From Nemertoderma westbladi (lineage: Eukaryota > Animalia > Xenacoelomorpha): a stretch of DNA of 44,133 bases. Below the pieces are notes generated by a model. It did not search any database, had not been told where the DNA came from, and saw only the letters and a program-made list of their open reading frames with translations. The stretch spans positions 1-44,133 of the forward strand of contig JAUCBJ010002100.1 in the NCBI GenBank assembly GCA_032718475.1, written 5' to 3'. Made by a program: the position numbers and the translations under genes. This document shows, one piece after another, positions 10,995-39,316 of this stretch; position 1 is the stretch's first letter, and each line of letters starts with the position of its first letter.

Positions 10995-13535
10995 TAGAGG
11001 CTACTTTAGGCAGGCACTGGGAAGCTTTAAGAATAAGGGTGATGCAACGTCGAACGCTGCTATGGTGAAAATGAGGAACCAATACAGGAAGGTACTTCGT
11101 AAAGCTCGTTTTGACTTTAATTGTGGGAGGTCGGACAAGTTGCGGAAATTTAAAATTGTAGACTCAAAAAAATTCTGGAAACTATTAAGGCAGAGTTGCC
11201 AGGGTTCAACAGCCAGCCCACAGCAATCTCCAATAAGTGCGGAGGTATTTGCGTCCCATTTCAGGGCGCTGAATGAGGAAGGATCGAGCTTTGAGGATAT
11301 GGACGTTGTTGGGCTGCCTCCTAATAATAATAATAATGACTTTGATTTAGCCAAACATATTTTTGAAAATTATATCTGTATGCCTTTGGAGGAGGAGGAG
11401 GTTGCCATGACTATCAATAGGTTACGTAGTAATAAAGCACCAGGTTTTGATGGTATTTTAAACGAATTTTTCATAGTGGGGACGGAAACTTTAGTCCCAG
11501 TTGTTACGAGCATATTTAATGCAGCCCTCCATTGTGGTTATTTCCCAGACAGTTGGACTACTGGTATAATTACACCCATCTACAAAAATAAAGGTACAAG
11601 GTTAGACTCTAACAACTATAGAGGTATAACTTTGTTAAGTGCATTTGGTAAATTATTTACGCTTATATTAAACGGACGACTCCAATGGTGGACTGAGGGG
11701 TTTGCGATAATAATTGAAGCTCAAGCTGGGTTTCGAGGTGGTCGTTCTACAGTAGATCAGATTTTTATTTTGAAAACAATTATTGATAATTTTATAGGTA
11801 AACGTGCTAAGCTTTATTGTGCATTTATTGACCTAAGAAAAGCGTTTGATTGTGTAGATAGAAGTGCTTTATGGGTAAAATTAACGAGACTTGGTTTTTC
11901 AGGAAAAGTTTTTAATGTAATAAAAAGTATGTACAGTGCAGTTAAACCACGAGTACGTGTAGATGGGGAACTTTCTGGTGAGTTTATATGTTGGTTGGGC
12001 ATGAGGCAGGGCGAATGTCTTAGTCCATTGTTATTTAATCTATTTTTAAATGATTTAGAATCTGAATTGGCTGCAAATGGTATTCAAGGTATCTCAATTG
12101 GCACATTTAAACTTTTAATGTTGTTGTATGCCGATGACATCGTGGTGATGGCAAACTCAGTTAATGATTTACAACATGCATTTGATATATTGGGTAGTTA
12201 TTGTGACTATTGGTCTCTTACGGTTAACCTTGACAAATCTAACGTTGTTGTATTTAGGAAAGGGGGACAAGTGGCCTCCCATGAAAAATGGAAATATAAG
12301 GGTCATAATGTTAAAGTGGTGTGTGAATATATGTATCTGGGAGTATTATTTACTTGTGGGGGCAGCTTTGCCTGCGCTCAGAAAAATCTGGCTAACAAAG
12401 GAGAAAAAGCTAATTTTTCGTTAACAAAGTATTTGGCTAATTTTCCCACCACGGATTTCATTACGGCTTGTGATTTATTTAATGCATTAGTTACGCCAAT
12501 TTTGACATATGGTTGCGAAGTTTGGGGTTTTTGTTCATCAGTTGATACAGAACGTGTCTTATTAAAATTCTTAAAGAACCGCCTTGGAGTGAAGGTAACA
12601 ACCCCAAACTTCATGGTTTACGGTGAATCTGGCATTTTTCCGCTAGAAATTGAAAGATACTGTAGAATTATAAAGTATTGGTTAAAGTTACTAAGGTGCA
12701 ATGACACTAGATTAGTTAAACAGGCCTATATTTTGCAATTGAATGAACTAAAAACTGGTAGAACAGGGGATGGTGGAAATTGGGCTATCCCGGTGCGTAA
12801 TTTACTAAATAATCTGGGATTTACTTGGGTGTGGGAAAGACCCGGGGACATATTAAATGAGAGGAAATTCATTCTAAATGTTCGTGAACGACTATGTGCA
12901 CAGTTCGTACAGGGTTGGTGGGGTGCCATCGAGTGGTCGCCGAAGGGTATGCTCTATAGCAAGAGGGATTTCAGTTTGGAGAATAACCTATCTATGTTGA
13001 GAGGTCACGCAGGTCTTAGTAGGTTGATTTCCAGGTTCAGGTGTTCGTCACATGCACTTCTGATCGAGAGCGGCCGGTGGTATAAAATACCCAGAGAATC
13101 GAGAATCTGCCCAGTTTGTAATAAAAATGATATGAATATCATTTTTTGTTGGTGTGTGATGGTTATCGAGATCTGCGCATGAAGCACTTCTCTGGGCGCT
13201 ACTACGTGAATCCTTCTATATTGAAATACCATGAGCTAATGGGGGCAACTACCAGGGAAAAACTACTAAAGTTAGGTCGTTACCTTAACGAGACTTTTCG
13301 CGTTAGGGAGAACATTATGCAATGTCGTTCCATATAATATTCATATCAATTATTTTTGTGGGAATTATACAGTATGTGCTTTCATCAGTTTATTTTTCAA
13401 ACCTAACATTTATTTTTTATATTAGTAGATTTTCTTTGTGTTTATTATTCCCTTATAGTTACTTGTGCAATTAATTGTGCGGTCACTAATAGCCTTAATT
13501 GGTTGATGTGCCTATTATACAAACCCTATAAACCT
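10995..13535 (+). mobile_element. 5'-truncated non-LTR retrotransposon (RTEX-like) nested in the LTR element
   Basis: RT ORF lacking the endonuclease, C-terminal SSHALLIESGRW...RICPVC Cys motif, AT-rich 3' UTR ending near AAACCCTATAAACCT. Clade assigned from motif recall only. Confidence 0.85.
11062..13337 (+). CDS. LINE ORF2 reverse transcriptase (N-truncated; one frameshift near 13130)
   Basis: KAPGFDGI, NYRGITLLS, QAGFRGGRST, FIDLRKAFD, GMRQGECLSPLLF, LLYADD, YLG. 706 codons are open, then the protein continues in the 13146-13337 frame. Confidence 0.9.
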
Positions 13536-13747
13536 AAGCTTTCCGAGTCCTTTTCAGGCTCGTAATCACGTTAGTAGTCGAGAACCCGCTCCGGATAGTC
13601 TGTAGGCCAGTAAAGTCCGGTCATCTGTCTTTCGACCCTGTCGCATGTCCTGTCCATCCCACCCTTCCCGAACCCTAACGGGATCGGTCATCAGGAAAGC
13701 GGTACGGCTTAGCTAGGGGTCTGTAGGCCCGTTGTGAGCCCCAACTG
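13532..13747 (-). repeat. Remnant of the 5' LTR (copy of 1170-1381)
   Basis: Colinear with 1170-1381, differing by about a dozen substitutions and one 5-nt indel (counted by eye). Confidence 0.88.
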
Positions 13748-30565
<16,818 letters not shown>

Positions 30566-30635
30566 ACCCCCATCAGATTCATTGCATATTCATAACCCAT
30601 GAAATAATATTCACTAACATTTGTCTTTATTGCAG

Positions 30636-30751
30636 CTTCAGTTGGAGGAACTATGGGATTATATCTCGGTGCGAGTGTGCTTACAGTTTTAGAGGTCGCA
30701 GAGTTTCTAATGAGGTTGATTTCGTGCCAGTTATACACAGGGAATTCCTAA
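30636..30751 (+). CDS. Terminal exon of a DEG/ENaC/ASIC amiloride-sensitive sodium channel gene (TM2 with GAS filter)
   Basis: Branch point CACTAAC (30612-30618), pyrimidine tract, TGCAG acceptor, then phase-1 exon xSVGGTMGLYLGASVLTVLEVAEFLMRLISCQLYTGNS*, matching the family xIGGxMGLFxGASxLTxxE signature. ATTAAA at 30815-30820. Confidence 0.88.
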
Positions 30752-31121
30752 GGTCACACTAAATTGTCTAAAATTCTATAGAGTGCGTTTCTTTTCTTTG
30801 GATGTTATTTAAACATTAAACTATAACTTTGTTTGTGTTAAATTGGAGTTCAATTTCTAATGTTAATTTTACATTGATTATACATAGTAGTAGAACCAGT
30901 ACTCGTATTGGTATCCAAGCTGAGCTGTAACTACTGAGGTCACCAAATCTCTGGATGGCACATAGACATAGTCGGGTTCCTTGAGTGCAGTATAATGCAC
31001 AATTTGCACATTACAATTTGTCTCCCCAAGCTTGACACTTGAACAGAGCCAGCTCCGCTTTGAATGCATTGGTTTAGCAGCGTAAATCAGCCTGGGCACG
31101 ACCTATATGCATGATTTGCAG

Positions 31122-31196
31122 TATATATATATACATGGTTGGCAGCATATATATATATATGCATGGTTGGCAGCATATATATATGCATGGTTGGCA
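31122..31196. repeat. Short tandem repeat: (AT)n-GCATGGTTGGCA x3
   Basis: Three copies with variable AT-run length. Confidence 0.85.
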
Positions 31197-31877
31197 TCCG
31201 ATGACATTTTTTTTTATTTGAAATATCTATTACTCGACCAATTTTGCATATTTATGTGATGAAACTTTAGTTTATGTTATTGCCCTAACATGTTGTTAAA
31301 CAAGCGCGATCAGGAGCGCGTTATTACTGCTGCACTGCTGCTAAACACAAAATTGCTTCTCACCGCTGGATGGCGCTAACCTGGCCGTCCGCTAATATGT
31401 TTTACTAATTTTATACGGCACCTACAAAATCGCTTGCTCCTTTCTCTACCGATCGCTCGACAGAGAGCTAACTGTTCGAATCTATGAGCCACGCAGGAAT
31501 AACCAAAACAATAAACCCGAATCGGCTCCCTAAGCTACTTAAAACGACTGTGGGGCGCGTTCACTTATCGCAACTACTGGAATTCACTAACGGAATGATG
31601 AATGTGAGAATGTTTTAAATAATCTAATGACCTACCGGGACCACCAGCTGTGGTACTTTATTTTAGGGTCTAAACTTGCATCGGCTGGCTTTAGGCCAGC
31701 AACTTACTACTGTATACTGGATGCTGCTATCAGCCTGTTGCCCCGCTATTTTCAAATAACCGCCTAGCGTGAATAGTCTACAGTATTCTAAACAATTACT
31801 TAAACTACTCTCCGCTATGCTGCGTACAAATTCTTATTTTATCGCTAAATTAATTACAGTCATAAATACGGATTGCG

Positions 31878-33548
31878 ATATGACCCCCCCCCCCCCCCCC
31901 GTGGTTTTTTTATTATAATTCTGAAACAAACGCAGTTGGGAATTTTAGTTTATGACTTTTCCTAAAAATCTATTGTCTTCCTAGTAGTGAAAACCATTTT
32001 CAAAAATATTGGGTAGTTTTTGAGTTATAGCACCATTTTTGAACCCTACTTTTGGCACTTTTTTTGAGACGTTTTTTGAAAATTACATTTCATTAAATAT
32101 TAATTGTAACATCTCTATTTTTGATTTACACCGGTTTTTTGGTGTTCGCAATTGGATGGAATTCATATAAATTGATTTAGAAATTTCAAACTTGTTTTTT
32201 TCGGCGGGTGCCAAATTTTGGTGCCAGCACCAAATTTTGAAATATTTCAATTTTGTAAATTGATTGTTTGAAACTTGTTTTTTACACAATTGGGGTTTTT
32301 TGGGGTTCTGGTTTCGATGAAATATATACGAGTTGCATCAAGCGTATCGAACTTGTATTTTTCGGTGCTGTGTGCAAATTTTGGTGCTAGCACGAAATTT
32401 TGAAAATCCATTCTATAGATAAAATTGCTTGTGACAATTTATTTCTTGCATTTTAGAGGTTTATGGCTGTTCTGAATTCAATGGAATATATAATTATCGA
32501 ACTAGACATCTGAAACTGGTATTTTTCGGAAGTGGGTGCAAAATGTGGTGCTAGCACCAAATTTTGAAAACCATCAAATATATCAATTGATTGTGTCACC
32601 TTGTTTCTTGCGTTTTAAGGGTTTGTTAGGGTTCAGAATTCAATGGAATCAGTAAAAATTTCATAAGAGTTTTCAAACTTGTATTTTTCGTCGGTGGATG
32701 AAAATTGTTGTGCCAGCACCAAATTTTGGATAATGAGTAAATTGATCAGGAGATAGTATCATCTTGTTTCTTGCGTTATACGGGTTTATGAGGGTCCTGA
32801 ATCCAATGGAATCAATAAAAACAACACTGGAGATCGCAAACTTGTACTTTTTGGGGATGGGTACGAATTTTGGTGCCAGCACCAAAAGTTGCCAAATTAC
32901 GCCGAAAAATACAAGTAGCAATGATCTGGCATATTTGAAATATATTACATTAGAAGCAGCGCCCTAGAAAACCTGAAAATGTGAATTTATAGCATCGTAT
33001 AAGCGAATTAAAAATTTTGTATTCTAACTGAAAAGAAAGAAACTTTTTTCCTACGCAGAGAGGACTAAACAGCCATTTATGGTACTGTAATCGTATCCGA
33101 TAAAAAAATTCTGGGTTGGAGCAAGTTAAATATTATTATTAGTATGTTCATCAAATCTCAAATATATTTCGGTAGCTCAGGTAATCATATCATTTTTAAA
33201 TATTTTCCAATGTATTTTGCGCCCCAGAAAACCTGTATTGAAAAACAATTAGCCGAAAAATGTAACTTTCAATATTTGTGAAAATTGTGCACTACTTGTA
33301 ATTTTGGTGCTGCAATATTACCACCCCAGTACATTTTTTCGAAAATTTTTTTTTCGGTCGGATCCAGGCTAATGATACAAACACATCAACAACAACAAAC
33401 ATACAACAACAACAACAGTGATACAACAACAAAAAATCAGACGTTTTCGTTAATATTTTTGTAGATTTTAGAGGGAAGGGTCAATATGACCCCCCCCCCC
33501 CCCCCGGTATTAGTACAGCATTTTATAACCCGGTACTAATAGGGTTAA
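31878..33548. mobile_element. Non-autonomous DNA transposon/MITE-like element (TTAA-CCCT end, piggyBac-like); left end not resolved
   Basis: Right end ...CCGGTACTAATAGGG-TTAA with internal inverted repeat CCGGTATTAGTA/CCGGTACTAATA-related motifs; ATATGAC-polyC at both 31878 and 33484; no ORF. Confidence 0.5.
32110..32890. repeat. Five diverged ~164-bp tandem units with palindromic core TTTGGTGCYAGCACCAAA
   Basis: Cores at about 32213, 32376, 32541, 32702 and 32865. Confidence 0.85.
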
Positions 33549-33642
33549 TACTGTACCGACGGTAGGTCTTCAGTCCCCACTGACTACCTCCCGACCGCAA
33601 TGGTGACCCAATTCCAATCAATTCAAATTGAATTCGCTAACA

Positions 33643-33707
33643 CATCAATTCGTTGTTCAAGTGATTTCGTCAGTGTCCAGGTCACACGTACCCCCGTATA
33701 AAAATAC
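33643..33707 (-). mobile_element. ~65-bp internal fragment of the RTE LINE family found at 42.2-44.1 kb
   Basis: Near-identical to 42543-42603 (CATCAATTCGTTGTTCAAGTGATTT...CCCCCGTATAAAAATAC). Confidence 0.85.
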
Positions 33708-33908
33708 TGTACTACTTAAACTCCAAACAATACCAGAGGATTTTTGGAATCCCGCTAGCTACTAGATTGACACTGGTTTTGCATAGGTACAGTAGGTATA
33801 AGTCCTGTACAAACAAGGAGGGAAATTTTGGTAACAGCGCAAGGAGATGTTACAATTACCCTGTCTCCTTTTGTGCAGTATTTATTTATACGGTATGTAA
33901 AAGCTTTT

Positions 33909-34040
33909 GCGGACATAACAAGTCATTTTTCTCCGCAATATACCGTGTAGGTGCTTTAGCGGACATAAGAAGTGATTTTCTCCGCAATGTACCGTGTAGG
34001 TGCTTTAGCGGACATAACAAGCCATTTTCTGCCGCAATGC
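33909..34040. repeat. ~50-bp minisatellite, ~2.6 copies
   Basis: GCGGACATAA...CCGCAAT...CCGTGTAGGTGCTTTA units starting at 33909, 33959 and 34008. Confidence 0.85.
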
Positions 34041-34159
34041 GCCTAATACTCTAAAAGACTGGAATGACGAAATCTGTCAGCTGATTTACTGTAAACGTGG
34101 AACCTCTCTTTGTTCTGCTCAGCCAATCAGAGCGACACTGCAGCCAGCTGCATTTGTGA

Positions 34160-36260
34160 GAATGCTGTGCCGGCTTGTCGACAAAATTGCGCCGCCACAA
34201 CTCCCTATCACCCATGACATTTGCTAGATCATCCGCATCTTCAAGGCCATTGTCCTTTAAGATGCGTCTCAAGAAAGTCATGGGCTGCCCACCATGCTTT
34301 TTCGCTCCATGAGGCTGCCAAAGTACAAGATTATGCACTGGCTGGTCCTCACGGCGAAAGCAATGTCCTGCAAAGCGGAGGCGATTTTGTTCTAATGTCA
34401 AGCTTGGAGGAACCAATGAGACACCTCCAATGTTATACAGTGTCTGGTTGGAGATGTGTGCATTGTACTTGACACAATGAACCCGGCGTAGCATTCTTGT
34501 GAATGTGCCATCCAGAGATTTGGTGTCCTCAGCAGTTAGAGCCCAGCATGGACTCCCATAGAGGAGTACTGGAACTACTGCTGCTCTAAATAATCGGTCC
34601 TTAAGTTTCCGATTAATTCTCGGTGACTTCCAAATCCTGGAAACCCTATTCAAGGCTGCCCATGCCTTTCCCTTACGTATTCGAAGGTGCTCACCTGACT
34701 TCCGGATCCATGATCCCAGGTAACAGAAGTCGTCCACATGTTCAAGCATACCATCCTTTGAGCTTATGCTCATCCGATCAGAGACTTGCTGAGGACTTTC
34801 AACGTTAACTGTCAAAATTTTGGTCTTTCTGGAGTTAATAAAAAGACCAACACTAGAAGCAGCATGTTCTAATGAGCTGAGGAGCCGTTGGGCTCCCTCT
34901 AGTGATTCTGAGAGTACTCCTAAGTCATCAGCAAAGTCTAGATCAGTTAGGTACTTGGCAGGATTTCCTCGACTTCTGGAGCCAGTAGGTGGAGTTATCA
35001 TCACCCCATCGTCATTATGATGATCTAAGGACATGCGTAGAACATAGTCAACCACAATTATGAACAAGAATGGTGCAAGTGTGTCTCCCCAGAGGACGCA
35101 CCATAACACTTCAAATGGTTCTGTGTCACCATCAACAGTAGACACAAATGTTGTCGAACCATCGTATACTGATCTGATTGCTGCAATAATTTCATCAGGA
35201 ATCCCATATAATGAAAGTATGTTGAACATACGTGAGCGGGAGACTGAATCAAAGGCCTTGAAGAACCATATTATTATATATTATTATTATTAAGAAGTCA
35301 ACAAAGATAACAGCCGGATGCCTGTCTTTCTTTTTTGATAAATCAATTATCCTTCTAAGTGCCAAAATGGCCTCGATGGCCCCACAACCTTTACGGAACC
35401 CATTCTGATTTCCACGGAGCAGTGTCACGTCTCAATGGGATCCCTGATGCGATTTAATAGAATTCTATTGTATAGCTTTGCAGCAATCGAGATCAATGAG
35501 ATTCCCCGGAAAGAACCATAGAGTGTTAGGTTGCCCTTCTTGGGAACTGGCACCAACTTATTTGTTTTCATTTCTTGTGGGACTCTTGTTGTTCGGTACA
35601 TGTCTACTATGATGGGATAGATGAGCTTTAAATACTCAGGTATTTTAAAGACCTCAGGGGGAACACCATCTACTCCACTGGCACGATTGGTCTTAATGCT
35701 CTTTGCAGCAGCCTTCACTTCTACAAAGGAGATATCGCCAATGGGAATATCTGTGAGTACAGTTTTACAGGACACTTTTACTTCTATAAAGTTATCAGGC
35801 AATACCCTGTCATTATTGAGGAGCTTTTCAAAGTGGGCCTTCCACCCATTGAGGCGATCGGCTGGTGATTCAGCCTTAACCTTGGTGGTTGGTTGGCTTT
35901 TCCGACCAGTAAGCAAGTTGATCGATTCCCATGCCTGGGATGATTGCCTGCTGTCGTCAGCATCATTGATGGCATCAACCTGTTGGTTTATTAGCTCCTG
36001 TAGATTAACAGAGTACTGCCTGTTCAGGGACCTAGATGCTGCCTTAACTGCATTCTTGGCCGCTGCAGTCTGTTTGAGTCGGGACTCTTTCTGCGCCTTA
36101 TATAGGTCATTTCGGCACTTCTGGATTTTGTTGTCAGTCCAGGGGGCCCTTTTCCTGTTTCGAGGGTATACAGTAACTGTTTCTGTAGCTGCTAACTTAA
36201 CTGCTTCTGTGAAGGCAGTATAGCCCTCACAGTGATCTGCCGCCTCAGAGGCAAGAACCT
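34160..36260 (-). mobile_element. Decayed 5'-truncated RTE-clade LINE (RT pseudogene)
   Basis: RASGVDGVPPEV, PVPKKGNL, FRGISLISIAAKLYN, KAFDSV, GDTLAPFLFIIVVD, DLDFADD, FCYLGS, RLRFAGHC. Contains stops, frameshifts and an (ATT)n insertion at ~35265-35292. Confidence 0.92.
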
Positions 36261-37556
36261 TTCAGTTTTTTTTTTGCCCTTCGGTTATCACTTACCTAAT
36301 CTAATCGTACAGTATCTAGTTAACTTACTTTATCTTAGTTATTCTTATTTGTAAAAGTTATTTACTTTAAATTTGATAAATCATTTGGTTACTTACATTA
36401 AAATATACTGCAGACTCAGAACATGTAGTTTTTAGTGTATCCATCTTGAACAGCCAAACGCTTTGAGGAATGGCTGCCTAAATCTTTAGGCCACAGCAAC
36501 GCAAGGGGGAGGAATGTCCACATTGCATAAAGGGAACCCGCACCATTTTGCCCACGCCCATTTGAAACATGACTCGATTACCTGAGAGCGCCCATGCCTT
36601 TGTTTGATGCCCTTGCCCACCGTAAGCCCGTAGATCAGGGGAATGTGTGACGCCGTCCTTGGATGCTGCGATGTGTAGGAACAAATACCTCAGATTTAGA
36701 CAAAATCCTTTGGTACACCTGTACCTCTTCTTACAGGTGCGAGCTGATGCTGTTTGTTAATATGTGCAAGTACGCTAGGTGCAAATAGCACGCTCTATAA
36801 TTTGGTGACTTTGCCGTACTAGCGGTACAGTACCGGTAAGCTCTGTAGGCCTTGCAGATTGACTGACCTGTCTGAGCCCAAAGTATTTGCTCAGGCAAGA
36901 GGCAGCTTTCTGCTACCGGCATGCATTTAGGCTAAAGGGCGGTTTACTAACAATCTACCGCGCCCTTGCCACGTACTGATAGGTATTTGCTGTATACCAC
37001 AGCAGCAACAAAATTTCTAGAATTAAATTACATACCAGATGAGCTAGACGTACGGTAGTAAATTAACACCCTATTCTCTATTTTCACAATCAGAGTCTGG
37101 TATCAGTGCCGATCATGGGCGTAGTTACTAACACCGTAATTGCCTGATCGAGTTGTGAATATAGGAGGAGAGAGCCCTTTTGACGTCAGTTTGTAAGTAT
37201 TGCACCTACAGTGCGCGACTAGCTTATTCTAGTAGCTAACACCCGGTATTTTTTTTTGTTAAAAGACACCAAAACCTAGTACAACAGCGGTACACCAAAA
37301 TTGTTTTATCGTAACACACACACACACACGCGCTTTAAGATTGTTTGTAGAGGTATTACTTTGGCCCTTTTGACTGCTTTTCTGAATCGGCAGTATTGCT
37401 TTATGCTAGTGTTCGGTTGACCCACTGGTTCGTATTATATCCTTATAAATGACACCGCGGCAAGTCTACAGTATTTAAGTCCATTAGTGGTAGTTAGGAT
37501 TAGCTACGCGGGGATTGTTTTCCCGTGAGTTTGGTCTGTATCTTTAGACTGTACAT

Positions 37557-37587
37557 CTGCCTCACCGGCCGGAGGCCGGTGAGGCAG
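37557..37587. repeat. Perfect 14-bp GC-rich inverted repeat with a 3-nt loop
   Basis: CTGCCTCACCGGCC-GGA-GGCCGGTGAGGCAG. Confidence 0.9.
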
Positions 37588-38169
37588 TAATAGAGGCCGG
37601 TCACCCTGATTGTATAGTTAGTCCGGGCAATTGATTCGCCCAAGTTTAGAAGGCTCCGTTCCTCGCCAGTAGTAGTAGTAGTACTTTGGTATCTGTTTCA
37701 CCCTGGACTGGGATTTCTTGGCAGTTACTGTACGAACTCGTATATACTGCTGGATTCTACAGTAAGGTATTCGTTACTAGGATTCAGTAGGCGGTATACT
37801 ACTGGACTTATCAAACAATCCAAGGAGGGTAGTAATATTGCCCCCATTCAATAGGGCTAAAAATTTCATCCAAAACTTCCACAGAAAGAAACTGTTAAAA
37901 GTGAAAGGCTACATTTTAAATTGTAAATTGATATAATTCTAATGTTTTTTTAAACCATACTAAATTCTATAATTATTAATTACGCGTAATGAAGAAATAA
38001 CATGAAAAGTTTTAAAGGCTCAGCTCAGCAAGGTTTGGCTTCAGTTTCAATGTAAAGAACTCATTTAGAGCTGAAAATATTGGTTGTTAATTACTGAATG
38101 AGACTATGGATAAATAAACTGCAACAAACCATCGGGAAGCAAGCAAAAAATCGAGCAATACAAGCACAG

Positions 38170-38224
38170 AGCGATTCGGCCGGCATCAGGCCTCGTCAGA
38201 TGCACTGATTCGTGCGTGACACCA
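38170..38224 (-). ncRNA. Type III hammerhead ribozyme-like motif with one core substitution (A15.1 to U)
   Basis: Minus strand: GGT-GTC | ACGCAC-GAATCA-GTGCAT | CTGACGA | GGCC-TGATGCC-GGCC | GAA | TCGCT. Confidence 0.5.
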
Positions 38225-38428
38225 GATACAGAGAGGCCTACCCTACTGTAAAAAGTGTATGCAAAAGTGAGTCAATATGGATCCCATGGTTGTTTTAAGT
38301 TATAATAATAATTTTACACTTTTCATAAAAATCTATAGCCTTCGTAATATTGAAAACGGTTTTTAAAGAAATTGGGAACCTTTCGAGTTATACCTGAGTG
38401 TTTGAAGCTCATTTATACCGTAAATTAG

Positions 38429-39316
38429 ACATGTACAGAACGACAAGAGTCCCACAAGAAATGAAAACAAATAAGTTGGTGCCAGTTCCCAAGAAGGGCA
38501 ATGATGAGTATATATGATCAGTATACGATGGTTGCATAACATGTGTCTATTGATGGCGGTAATACAGAACTATTCTAAGTGTTATGGGGAGTCCTTCAGG
38601 AAAACACAATTGCATCATTCTTGTTCATAATTGTGGTTGACTATGTTCTACGCATGTCCTTAGATCATCATAATGATGAGGGGGTGATGATAACTCCATC
38701 TACTGGCTCCAGAAGTCGAGGAAATCCTGCCAAGTACCTAACTGATCTAGACTTTGCTGATGAATTAGGAGTACTCTCAGAATCACTAGAGGGAGCCCAA
38801 CGGCTCCTCAGCTCATTAGAACATGCTGATTCTAGTGTTGGTCTTTTTATTAACTCCAAAAAGACCAAAATTTTGACAATTAACTTTGAAAGTCCTCAGC
38901 AAGTCTCTGCCCGGATGAGCATAATCTCAAAAGATGGTATGCTTGAGCATGTGGAAGACTTCTGTTACCTGGGATCATGGATCCGGAAGTCAGGTGAGGA
39001 CCTACGAATACGTAAGGGAAAGGCATGGGCAGCCTTGAATGGGCTTTCCAGGATTTGAAAGTCACATCGAATTCATCGGAAACTTTAGGTCTGATTATTT
39101 AGAGCAGCAGTAGTTCCAGTACTCCTCTATGGGAATCCATGCTGGGCTGAGGACACCAAATCTCATGGCGTGAATAAGCATGGTGGACAGCCCATGACTT
39201 TCTTGAGACGCATCATAAAGGACACTGGCCTTGTAGATGCGGATGATCTGGCAAATGTCATGGGTGATAGGGAGTTGTGGCGGCGCCATTTTGTCGACAA
39301 GCCGGAACAGCATTCT
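38429..39316 (+). mobile_element. Internally deleted RTE LINE fragment; same family as 34160-36260, opposite orientation
   Basis: Peptide nearly identical to the other copy (FLFIIVVDYVLRMSLDHHND...DLDFAD...FCYLGSWIRKSGE). Ends at the same GCCGGxACAGCATTCT 3' point. Confidence 0.92.

Larger units (their letters stand above)
684..13747 (-). mobile_element. Decayed BEL/Pao LTR retrotransposon, interrupted by a LINE and truncated in the 5' LTR
   Basis: Domain order gag-PR-RT-RNaseH-IN with BEL-type motifs on the minus strand; TGTT...AACA LTR, PPT, and a second LTR fragment at 13532-13747. Confidence 0.93.

Noticed and set aside
36478-36922. Short minus-strand ORFs in a GC-richer island
   Set aside because: No recognisable domain or convincing splice signals; cannot be supported from the sequence alone.
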